Position numbers and translations under genes: made by a program
Notes under the pieces: model-generated
What the model saw: only the letters and a program-made list of their open reading frames with translations
The model's database searches: none
Told to the model about the DNA's origin: nothing
IMG/VR virus record: IMGVR_UViG_3300025117_000087
Location: 1-50,528 of that record
DNA length: 50,528 nucleotides
Strand: one strand, 5' to 3'
Source of the DNA: a virus
Taxonomy: Duplodnaviria > Caudoviricetes
In this document: one piece after another, positions 1 through 8,206 of the stretch
How the letters are laid out: each line of letters opens with the position of its first letter
Position numbering within the stretch: position 1 is the first letter of the stretch

Positions 1-186
1 TACATCGGTTGTGAACAACAAGGGAAAAATCATGTTCCTGGAGGATTTGATATGTCTGGAAATCCTGTTTTTTATAGCGATAATTCCACTTATTATTATA
101 TAGCAGGTGTAATTTTATTGTTAATTTGTTTTTGGATATTATATAAAATGATAGTAAAAAAGGTTGATGTGAATCAAAAATTATGA
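1..186 (+). CDS. 3' part of a small membrane protein (start probably at 50491 across the window join)
   Basis: Frame 1 is open from base 1 (YIGCEQQGK...YYIAGVILLLICFWILYK...QKL*), contains a hydrophobic helix, and its TGA overlaps the next ATG (ATGA at 183-186). Confidence 0.55.
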   Translation, partial: YIGCEQQGKNHVPGGFDMSGNPVFYSDNSTYYYIAGVILLLICFWILYKMIVKKVDVNQKL

Positions 187-800
187 AAGATTTTTCAAAA
201 TTAATAGACGCGGATCTACTCTCTCTCGCTCGTCAGCACTTTGTAAATTTTTCGATTGGCTTTAAATATTCAGGCTCGCTCCTCGACAAAATTTACCTGG
301 AATGTGAACGGCGGGATCCGGGAATTTACCAGCAAGCAATTGATGAAGCGTTGCCTATTATTGAGAAATTCGAACAATGGAAATTTGAACTCAGCCATGC
401 TGTAAAATATGACCTGGCAATCCACGAGCCTGAGCAGGTTTATTTAAAGTCAAAAAAGATAGACAAGGGTACCACCGAATTTGATGACATCAAAGATTAC
501 AAGTTGTTCAACGAGATTATTCATAAACACTGCATCCCTTTCTACGTTCACGGCGACAGCATGTCAGGTGCCGGTATCCATAACGGAGATGTGTTGATAG
601 TTGACAAACGCGATAAATCTTTTCATAATAAAATTGTAGTTGCTAAAATTTGGGATAGTTTTTTTGTTAAAAGATTTTTTCAAAATAACGGCACAGTAAA
701 ACTTCATTCCGAAAATTCCGAATATCAGGATATCGAGGTAACTGAGGACATGGGGATGGAAATAGTCGGAGTTGCCAAAAGAATTGTAAAGGACCTTTGA
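183..800 (+). CDS. LexA/UmuD-family S24 serine peptidase without an HTH domain
   Basis: FYVHGDSM (catalytic Ser), GIHNGDVLIVD, FFVKRF (catalytic Lys), LHSENSEY, IVGV: typical S24 core; N-terminal ~110 aa unrecognised. Confidence 0.85.
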   Translation: MKDFSKLIDADLLSLARQHFVNFSIGFKYSGSLLDKIYLECERRDPGIYQQAIDEALPIIEKFEQWKFELSHAVKYDLAIHEPEQVYLKSKKIDKGTTEFDDIKDYKLFNEIIHKHCIPFYVHGDSMSGAGIHNGDVLIVDKRDKSFHNKIVVAKIWDSFFVKRFFQNNGTVKLHSENSEYQDIEVTEDMGMEIVGVAKRIVKDL

Positions 801-801
801 T

Positions 802-1251
802 ATGAAGTTTTCATTGCTTATAATTTTAATTGCCATTTATTCGTGTTCAACACCCAGTGAATGCAACTGTCCGGATAATCCGCTCATTGATTATAATACC
901 GAAGTGCTTGTTGAACGCGTGATAGATGGAGATACTTTTACGATTATGGTTCAAGATGATGAATTCAGTATCCGTGTACTTGGAATAGATTGTTTTGAAA
1001 CAAAGCATAATGACCGGTTAAAAGACCAGGCAGAGAAGGCAGGAATTAGTGAAGATTCAGCTTATAGCCTGGGACAAATCGCAAAGAAGCTGGCAGATTC
1101 GTTGTTATCTGGAAACAAGGTTATTATCAAACGCGATGAAGATGAAGATAATTTTGATACTTATAATCGGCTTTTGAGATGGGTAATAATTAATAATTTG
1201 AAATTGGATTCGATAATGCTCACCAGAAATTTAGCATTGAAATTAGACTAA
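802..1251 (+). CDS. Lipoprotein thermonuclease (staphylococcal nuclease-like)
   Basis: Signal peptide with lipobox-like IYSC; VIDGDTF, RVLGIDCFET and DTYNRLL match the SNase catalytic motifs. Confidence 0.85.
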   Translation: MKFSLLIILIAIYSCSTPSECNCPDNPLIDYNTEVLVERVIDGDTFTIMVQDDEFSIRVLGIDCFETKHNDRLKDQAEKAGISEDSAYSLGQIAKKLADSLLSGNKVIIKRDEDEDNFDTYNRLLRWVIINNLKLDSIMLTRNLALKLD

Positions 1252-1260
1252 AAACTACAG

Positions 1261-1470
1261 TTTCCTTCCTGAATCCTTACTCAAGAATATTTTATTATTT
1301 GATATTTAAGAAGTTAGTCGGCGTGGCCGGATTTGAACCGGAAATATGAATATCACTTCATTGTATTAATAACTTAATACTAACATTCATATATATTCTT
1401 TATTTGTTGACATTTTTGTTATTTTTGTGTGATGTTATTATTATGTTATTAATGTTATTTCCTTACTTAA
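1261..1470. repeat. Candidate integrase arm-type sites flanking attP
   Basis: TTTCCTTCCTGAA (1261), TCCTTACTCAA (1274) and TTTCCTTACTTAA (1458) on either side of the core; ATGTTATT repeated three times at about 1432-1459. Confidence 0.4.
1317..1341 (-). other. attP core matching the 3' end of a tRNA-Pro
   Basis: Minus strand CCGGTTCAAATCCGGCCACGCCGAC = T-arm, acceptor 3' strand CACGCCG and discriminator A (pairs with 5'-CGGCGUG, tRNA-Pro type); 140 bp upstream of the integrase; no 5' half of a tRNA present. Confidence 0.8.
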
Positions 1471-1481
1471 AGTTTACTTGA

Positions 1482-2528
1482 ATGAAATCTGCTGTATCGA
1501 AATCAAAACATGTTATTCTCAGACGTAAAGAAATAAAATCGGGATTTTCATTGTACCTTGATATTAATTTTGGTGGTCAGCAATGGTACGAATTTTTAAA
1601 AATCTATATTTCAAAAAGAGGAAATACACCTGAAGATAAATTTAGTCTGCAATTAGCAGAAAGAATCAAGGCAAAACGGATAATACATTTACAATCGGCA
1701 TATCTGAATGAGCCTGACCTGGTCAATCAGAATATTAATTTTATTGTTTATTTCGAACAATTGACAATTAAAAAAAAACGCAAAGCCTGGAACAATACAT
1801 TGTCTCATCTCAAAAAATTTTCAAATAAGATGCCGCTTTTAAAAAACATTAATCCTAAGTGGCTCGATAATTTTAAAAATTATTTATTAGAAAGAATGGC
1901 TGTAAATTCTGTCGCAACTTATTTTGAATGTATAAATGCTGCATTCAATCAAGCCGTCAGGGATGATTTGATTCTTTTTAATCCATGCATGAAAATTGAC
2001 AGGCCTAAGAAAAAAAGTGTAATTAAAATTTATTTAACTGTTGATGAACTCAAATTGCTCGATACTACAGAATGTAAGAATCCGGAAACTAAACGCGCAT
2101 TTTTATTCTCATGTTTTACAGGCCTGAGAAATGGGGATATAAGAAGATTAAAATATAAAAACATTGAAAATGGTAATATCGTATTTAGACAAGGCAAAAC
2201 GAAGGCTGTCGAATATATACCACTATCGAACCAGGCAAAAAAATATTTAAATAACTCACAAAATCCTAACGAATTAATATTCAAACTTATAAGTGATAAA
2301 AGAACTTCTTACCATTTGAGAGACTGGATGCAAGAAGCGGGGATAAACAAGCATGTTACATTCCATTCTGCACGTCATACTTTTGCTACGTTGGCTTTGA
2401 CTTATGGAGTTGATTTATATACCGTAAGCAAACTGCTGGGACATGCTGACATTAAAACTACTCAAGTTTATGCTAAAATTATAGATGAGAAAAAGAAAAA
2501 AGCAGTAGAACAATTGCCGGAATTTTAA
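1482..2528 (+). CDS. int: Tyrosine integrase (Bacteroidetes-type with arm-binding and SAM-like domains)
   Basis: FSCFTGLR, KT, TFHSARHTFAT, LLGHADIKTTQVYA catalytic R-K-H-R-H-Y set; N-terminal SLYLDI...YEFLKIY arm-binding-type segment. Confidence 0.95.
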   Translation: MKSAVSKSKHVILRRKEIKSGFSLYLDINFGGQQWYEFLKIYISKRGNTPEDKFSLQLAERIKAKRIIHLQSAYLNEPDLVNQNINFIVYFEQLTIKKKRKAWNNTLSHLKKFSNKMPLLKNINPKWLDNFKNYLLERMAVNSVATYFECINAAFNQAVRDDLILFNPCMKIDRPKKKSVIKIYLTVDELKLLDTTECKNPETKRAFLFSCFTGLRNGDIRRLKYKNIENGNIVFRQGKTKAVEYIPLSNQAKKYLNNSQNPNELIFKLISDKRTSYHLRDWMQEAGINKHVTFHSARHTFATLALTYGVDLYTVSKLLGHADIKTTQVYAKIIDEKKKKAVEQLPEF

Positions 2529-5500
2529 GTCCTGTTTCTTTGCTCTGCTCTTCTGGCTGCACGGTTGTTGGCGTTGTAAATAGTCTCATCACCAACGATA
2601 ATTTTTATATTCCGGACAGCATCTTCGACTGATTGAAGGGCACCCAATATCTCATTAGAAGTTTTAATTGAAGTTTCGCTTTTTATAATATTGACCGGGG
2701 ACTTGCTCATTTTTGAGCTATCTGCAATTTCAATGGCATTAGCTAAAATATCCCTGAACATATTTGTATTTAAAACAATTTCCGGATTATATACGCTGTC
2801 CCCGATGAGTGCCAATTCAGGTTCATTAATAAAACCGCTGCCACCTGCATACGATTTTAACTTTATTTCATAATGTAAATTTTTCTGATTGAATTCTTCC
2901 GGCGTGATACCGCCTGCAAAATAAACTTTTTTTAGTTTTTCGTTCTCAGAGTAATTCTTCGCAAAATCAATTATATTTTCATATTTAAATTCAGTTCCTT
3001 CAAATAATGGATGTAGTTCATCTATAGATTCAATCAACGTTCCAATACTATTTATTAAATGTTTAATCGGCGTTTCAAAGCGATATTCTTCAGGCACAAG
3101 ATTGGACATTAATCCAAGCACATCCCCTATGACCTGGCTTACAAGTAATCGTATGTCCGGATCACGAACAAGCCATTCTGCATTCTTGCCAGGTATAACC
3201 CGGGAAGCATCACCTACAACGGTCATTGTTGGACCTTCAAATTTTGCGCCGGTTGCTAATGATTGAACTCCACTTTCAGCTACAGCCAAAGCGGTATAAA
3301 GTGCAGCAGCCAAACCTGCAAACGTTAAAAATCCAACAAGAGACTTGCTCGCTAATTCTTTGCCTAAAATTTCAACAAGTAAAATCGGAACCAAAGCCCT
3401 TAACCCTTTTAATGCTGCCAGAACGAATTCTTTAGTTCCACCTTTTGTGTCTGCTATTACTTGACCGATAGACGCCCCAAAACTGGTGGCGATTTGTGCG
3501 GCATTTTCTTCAAATACCTGTGATAAGTTTTCAAAAGTTATTCCCAAATCCGTAATATTGCCTTCGGCATCAACGGTAAATTTTACCATCGAAGCTATCA
3601 TTTCGTCTATGACGGTATCGAGAGCAGGCTGTAAATTCTTGATGAATTCAACCTGCTTTGCTAATAATTCTTCTCTCTTTTTTTGCTCTTTTTCTAAATT
3701 TTTGGTTCGTTTTTGCTCAGACTTGTCATATTCCTGCTCTGCTTTTGTAAGATATTTTTCGTCAACTTCTAATAGCTTGGCAGCAGAAAGAGATTTTTGG
3801 TTCTCAATTTGCTCATTGATATTTTCGATTATTGCCTGTTTTTCTTTTTGAGTCAGGTCTTCATTTTTGGTTATTGCTTCTTTTTCACGGTTGAGAGCTG
3901 TTAGCTTTTCAGTAAGGGAACGCTCTATTTGTGTTTTTTGTAATAAAAATTCATCTTCAATCTGGGATTCCAACAAATCAAGCAAACTGGCTTTTAATTT
4001 GTCGGCAGCATCTTGCTTGAGCTTGTTTATTCGTTCTTGCTTGTCTTTAGCTTTTTTGATTTCATCCTCAGGTGGAGGCTCCTCGATTGTTTCTTCATCC
4101 AAACCTGTAGGTGTCGTAACTTTTATTTCACCTTTTATTGTACCAAGCTTCTTTTCGATTACTTGCTTTATCGCATCAACTTTTTCAGATAAATTTTTAG
4201 CCTGGGTGGGACCTATTAATTTCCCGATTGTACCTTCGAGCGATAAAGCTCCTAATATTTTGTTGTAAGCAAGCTCAAGTTCATTTATGTTTTTCGCGTT
4301 TGTTATTTCATCTATATATTTTTTGTAGAATTTTTTGGCTGCATCCACACTTACAGTCTCACCATCAAATGCACTTTTGAAAAAGTTAACTATGCTGGTT
4401 GCAGCACCCGATAAAAATTTGTCGTTCAATAAATTAATACTGAATCCTTCCGCAGCGGTTTGGAAAAATGTTTCGCGGGCATCTATGACTTCTGCAGCTA
4501 TCCTGGTTTCAATGTTTTTTTGCAGTTCACCGGAATATTTCAGATACTGCTCTCGCAAATTGAATATTTGGTTCGTAGTATTGAAAGCAGAATTTTTTAA
4601 CAAGTCCAATTCACTCCTAAAATCTTTCGTACTGCCTATTACATCGGGATAAATTGATTTTAACTGACCCTGAACTTCCTTGAATCTGTTTTGCTCATCG
4701 GCTGTTAATTTTGACTTGCTGCCAAGTTCTTCGTATTCCCTTATTAATTTAGCTTGCAGGCTGTCCTGTTTCTCAGCTTCGCTCGATACCTTACCCATTG
4801 CATCCCTGACATCATTCGCAACCTCAGCATAGCCTTTTGAGGCATCTACGGCATCGGGATATTGCTGTGTGAGTTTATTTAAGATGCTCCAATATCTATC
4901 GGAATGCTGTCCTGTTTTCTCTTCCGAAGCTCCCAGCTTTTCAAATTCGTCAACCAAAGTAGTATTTGACTGAGCAAGTTTTATTTTCGCTGCGGTCAAA
5001 TCAATTTGCTTTTGTTTCAGGTCCTCAGCAGCCTTTGCATCTTCTAATTGTGTTTTTGCAGCATCGGCTGACGATTGATTTAATGTTTTCAAAACGCCGA
5101 TTAAAGTAATTGCACCGGCAATCGCTAGAAAGAATGGATTAGTTAATAAAGCTTTCGACAAGGCTCCAAACGATGTGGATGTAGCACCCAGGGCAGGCGC
5201 TAATTTAGTAGCCAGTGAAGATGCGAAATTTTTAATTGTATTTGTAGGAAGAATCTGTCCAAGTCCGCCAAGTCCTACCATCGTAGGCCCCATTTTTTCC
5301 AATACACTTAAAGCAACCGTTCCGGATTGTCCTAATAATTTAAATCCGGATTGAAAAATTCCACTTATTTTTTTCATAATAAGGGATGATTGGTTGGCAA
5401 TTCCCTGGCTGGCGACCTCAAAAGCCTGAGCCGCTACATTATTTTCAATGTCTGCCAAAACACCACTGTAAAAGTCTTTAGTCCTGGCAAAATTATCACC

Positions 5501-6541
5501 TGTTAGTTGAAGTATAGCGTTTGCAGCCTCGATTCTTCCGGTTGCTTCAGGTAAAGTTTGACCTGCCTTGGCAGCAACCTTCCTTATTTCCTCGAGAGTG
5601 TTAATCAAACCGCCACCCGCAGCCGGTGATTTCTTTAACATTACCTGGAATTCTTCAAGAGACCTGCCCTGGTCTTTCAAAGCTTTATTTAATCCCGGAG
5701 CACCCTTTTGAATGAGAACTAAAGCGGCACGAATTTGTGTGGCAGCCTGAGCCGTGGGAGTTCCCATCGTAGTCATTGCTGCAATCGCAGACGACATTTC
5801 CTCGAAGCTTACTTTCGTAGCGGCAGCCATAGGAAGCCAAGTAGAAGTTGTGGCTGCCAGTTCTTCGAATGTAGTTTTACCCAGTTTTATTGCTGAAAAA
5901 GTGGCATTAGAGAACAAATTGATTTTTTCAACACCGACACCATAAGCATTAAGAGCCGATGAATAATAATCAACTGCAGTGGTAGTGTCGGCTAATCCTG
6001 TTAAAGCGTCCTGCGAGGCTACTTTAACAAACTTCATGACCTCTTCGTTCGTTTTTCCGATGCCTGCGGATACTGCCTGGTAAGCGGCTTCAGCTAAAGC
6101 TGCTGAACTATCGGTAGATTCTTTGGATAATTCTCCTATTAGTCCGTAAAATTCATTAAAATCACGGCCGCTGCCAACTAAAATAGAGCCAATATTACGA
6201 ACTTGTTTGTCAAATTCAATGTATGGACCCGAGAAAACTGATAACGATGATGTGAGAGTATTTACTGCCGTAGAAATTTGATTGAAAGCAAATGCTGACC
6301 TTAATTTGTCGCCTTTTTTGACTAAATTATCAACAACTTTAGGCATATTTCCAAGTTCGGTATTTGTTTTTCGAACTTCGTCATCAATTTTTGAAAATTC
6401 TGCCTGGAGTTTATTGACATCGAGCAGCTTGATATCGCGTCCCATATCTCCAAGTGAGCTTTTGATAGCAAGGAGAATGACATTGAGCTTCTTAACATCA
6501 ATGTCGGGTGTTAATTTTAATTTGATATTTAGTTCAGGCAA
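2525..6541 (-). CDS. Tail tape measure protein
   Basis: 1338 aa, Ala/Gly-rich helical, TP901-like region (LAEAAYQAVSAG, GKTTFEELA), coiled coil, C-terminal A.GG...GD motifs; follows the chaperone gene. Confidence 0.9.
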   Translation of the reverse strand: MPELNIKLKLTPDIDVKKLNVILLAIKSSLGDMGRDIKLLDVNKLQAEFSKIDDEVRKTNTELGNMPKVVDNLVKKGDKLRSAFAFNQISTAVNTLTSSLSVFSGPYIEFDKQVRNIGSILVGSGRDFNEFYGLIGELSKESTDSSAALAEAAYQAVSAGIGKTNEEVMKFVKVASQDALTGLADTTTAVDYYSSALNAYGVGVEKINLFSNATFSAIKLGKTTFEELAATTSTWLPMAAATKVSFEEMSSAIAAMTTMGTPTAQAATQIRAALVLIQKGAPGLNKALKDQGRSLEEFQVMLKKSPAAGGGLINTLEEIRKVAAKAGQTLPEATGRIEAANAILQLTGDNFARTKDFYSGVLADIENNVAAQAFEVASQGIANQSSLIMKKISGIFQSGFKLLGQSGTVALSVLEKMGPTMVGLGGLGQILPTNTIKNFASSLATKLAPALGATSTSFGALSKALLTNPFFLAIAGAITLIGVLKTLNQSSADAAKTQLEDAKAAEDLKQKQIDLTAAKIKLAQSNTTLVDEFEKLGASEEKTGQHSDRYWSILNKLTQQYPDAVDASKGYAEVANDVRDAMGKVSSEAEKQDSLQAKLIREYEELGSKSKLTADEQNRFKEVQGQLKSIYPDVIGSTKDFRSELDLLKNSAFNTTNQIFNLREQYLKYSGELQKNIETRIAAEVIDARETFFQTAAEGFSINLLNDKFLSGAATSIVNFFKSAFDGETVSVDAAKKFYKKYIDEITNAKNINELELAYNKILGALSLEGTIGKLIGPTQAKNLSEKVDAIKQVIEKKLGTIKGEIKVTTPTGLDEETIEEPPPEDEIKKAKDKQERINKLKQDAADKLKASLLDLLESQIEDEFLLQKTQIERSLTEKLTALNREKEAITKNEDLTQKEKQAIIENINEQIENQKSLSAAKLLEVDEKYLTKAEQEYDKSEQKRTKNLEKEQKKREELLAKQVEFIKNLQPALDTVIDEMIASMVKFTVDAEGNITDLGITFENLSQVFEENAAQIATSFGASIGQVIADTKGGTKEFVLAALKGLRALVPILLVEILGKELASKSLVGFLTFAGLAAALYTALAVAESGVQSLATGAKFEGPTMTVVGDASRVIPGKNAEWLVRDPDIRLLVSQVIGDVLGLMSNLVPEEYRFETPIKHLINSIGTLIESIDELHPLFEGTEFKYENIIDFAKNYSENEKLKKVYFAGGITPEEFNQKNLHYEIKLKSYAGGSGFINEPELALIGDSVYNPEIVLNTNMFRDILANAIEIADSSKMSKSPVNIIKSETSIKTSNEILGALQSVEDAVRNIKIIVGDETIYNANNRAARRAEQRNRT

Positions 6542-6869
6542 CTAATGGACCTTGTAAAAGTTGATATTCAATTAATTCTATAAACTCATAAACCGGATAT
6601 TGCAATATTTCTCTCCGGCTAACCTTCTCAACATTGGCAGCAATGAATATTAAGTTATATGTATAGGCTTCACGCAATTTATTATCGAAATATTTATTGC
6701 TGTAAAATTCTTTTCTTAAGTCTTCCCAACTGGCGTAGAGTTTAACTGGACCGCCGCGTCTATCAGCATTTTTGCGATTTTTGGGTCTTCCTTTGTTAAT
6801 TTCGTCAACACGCTGGTTATATCTCCTAATCGCTCTATCGAAGCGAGTGACAACGTGTTTGTATTGTAA
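6534..6869 (-). CDS. -1 frameshift extension of the tail chaperone (gpGT-like)
   Basis: The -1 frame is open for 111 codons from the slippery site to a TGA within the first codons of the tape-measure gene, has a stop just upstream of the slip site and contains no ATG; ends ...REILQYPVYEFIELIEYQLLQGPLVA*. Confidence 0.75.
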   Translation of the reverse strand, partial: LQYKHVVTRFDRAIRRYNQRVDEINKGRPKNRKNADRRGGPVKLYASWEDLRKEFYSNKYFDNKLREAYTYNLIFIAANVEKVSRREILQYPVYEFIELIEYQLLQGPLVA

Positions 6870-7291
6870 AAAAAATCGGACTTACACCTCATCAGTTTTT
6901 CAAATTCAACCTTCCCCCTGATTTTATCGAGCAGGGAAAATGAGGATACTTTTGTAGAATTATAAGGCTCGTATTCATCTTCAGCAGTTTGTTTGCAGAG
7001 TATTGCCGCGTAAAAATGCCTTTCGGTTTCGCGGGCTGCAGCAATTGAAACTTCCATGTCTGTTTGAGGAATATTTTTCAACTGTTCCTGGTGCAATTCG
7101 ATGAACTTCATCGCCTGGAATATCCGGGCTGGAGTGAGTATATCGAATTTGTAAATATAAACATCCGTACTGCCGTCTTTATTTTTAACTTTAAAAACTT
7201 CTTCCACTCCGTCAGAGAGCTCGTCCGGATTAACAGTTTCGGTTTCCGGAATATCAGGATTATCCGAATCAATTATTACTTCATCATTCAT
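6716..7291 (-). CDS. Tail assembly chaperone (gpG-like)
   Basis: Position immediately before the tape measure; contains a T TTT TTT slippery site at 6868-6875. Confidence 0.7.
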   Translation of the reverse strand: MNDEVIIDSDNPDIPETETVNPDELSDGVEEVFKVKNKDGSTDVYIYKFDILTPARIFQAMKFIELHQEQLKNIPQTDMEVSIAAARETERHFYAAILCKQTAEDEYEPYNSTKVSSFSLLDKIRGKVEFEKLMRCKSDFFYNTNTLSLASIERLGDITSVLTKLTKEDPKIAKMLIDAAVQLNSTPVGKT

Positions 7292-7324
7292 ATAAAAAAA
7301 CTCCTAATTGTTTGTTGTAAAATA

Positions 7325-7816
7325 TTACCATAAAGAATGTTGATTTATTACTTTTTGCCATTTTGCAGACTCGACAAAATCAATCGAGACTGTACGCTGT
7401 ATCGAAATCACCAGCGCCGGCTGAGTTTCGTCATAAGTAATTTCGAGATTGACATCTGTCAGGTCTATTGTCAGGGCTGTAGCCGGATTGCTCGTATCTA
7501 TAAAAATGACGTCTGTAGATTTCAGAGGACTTCGCAAAGAAAAAGAACAGCCATTTATATTTTTGTTGATTATCCGCTCGAAAGTTTCACGCATATCGCC
7601 ATAGTTGCTTTGAATTATCCGTGCCTGAACTTCGATTTTGTAAGCAACAGGAGTCTTGCCTCCTTCGTCATTATCACGCAGAATAGGCTTTATGACTAAA
7701 ACCGAATTATCTTCTAAGTATTGAAAAGAATGCCATTCAGCATCGTAATACAAAAGGGCTTCATCTATCGGGATGTGCTTGAATTCGGTAACATTATTAT
7801 AAAGATGGTTTGCCAT
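7325..7816 (-). CDS. Putative tail protein
   Basis: 163 aa, tightly packed in the tail operon; no recognised motif. Confidence 0.45.
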   Translation of the reverse strand: MANHLYNNVTEFKHIPIDEALLYYDAEWHSFQYLEDNSVLVIKPILRDNDEGGKTPVAYKIEVQARIIQSNYGDMRETFERIINKNINGCSFSLRSPLKSTDVIFIDTSNPATALTIDLTDVNLEITYDETQPALVISIQRTVSIDFVESAKWQKVINQHSLW

Positions 7817-7819
7817 ATT

Positions 7820-8206
7820 CTAATCCGGATTCTTTTGCAATAAAGTCATTTTAATTTCCTGCAAATTTTTATTCCCCTCGATATCTTCAAACGGGATATC
7901 GCCTGCCTCTTTCAAGTCAACAACAACTTCGGATGTCCAGTTATCAAGGCTGTACTTCCAGGCTGAAGCTGTAAAGAAATTTTCGATATATGTTTTTTTG
8001 CTTGCCTGGTATAGCTCATTAGCACTGATGATAACGAGAGCATTGTTCGATTTCACAGCCAGTTTGTGTTGAAAAAGAATGCTACGCAAAGTGCTGCCCT
8101 GGATAGATTCTCTCGTTTTGTATTTTTTAAAATAAAGAGTTTTGAAAGAATCCGCAGATTCTGTCAGCCACTTGTCATTGCTATATTTTAAATAAAGTGT
8201 AACCAT
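7820..8206 (-). CDS. Putative distal tail / minor tail protein
   Basis: 128 aa, translationally coupled to the upstream tail gene; call from context only. Confidence 0.4.
   Translation of the reverse strand: MVTLYLKYSNDKWLTESADSFKTLYFKKYKTRESIQGSTLRSILFQHKLAVKSNNALVIISANELYQASKKTYIENFFTASAWKYSLDNWTSEVVVDLKEAGDIPFEDIEGNKNLQEIKMTLLQKNPD

Noticed and set aside
1317-1341. A complete tRNA-Pro gene
   Set aside because: Only the T-arm and acceptor 3' strand are present; interpreted as attP.
2691-6545. Multiple + strand ORFs opposite the tape measure gene (and similar antisense ORFs elsewhere)
   Set aside because: Ser/Phe/Leu-rich shadow translations of a strongly coding opposite strand, with no motifs.
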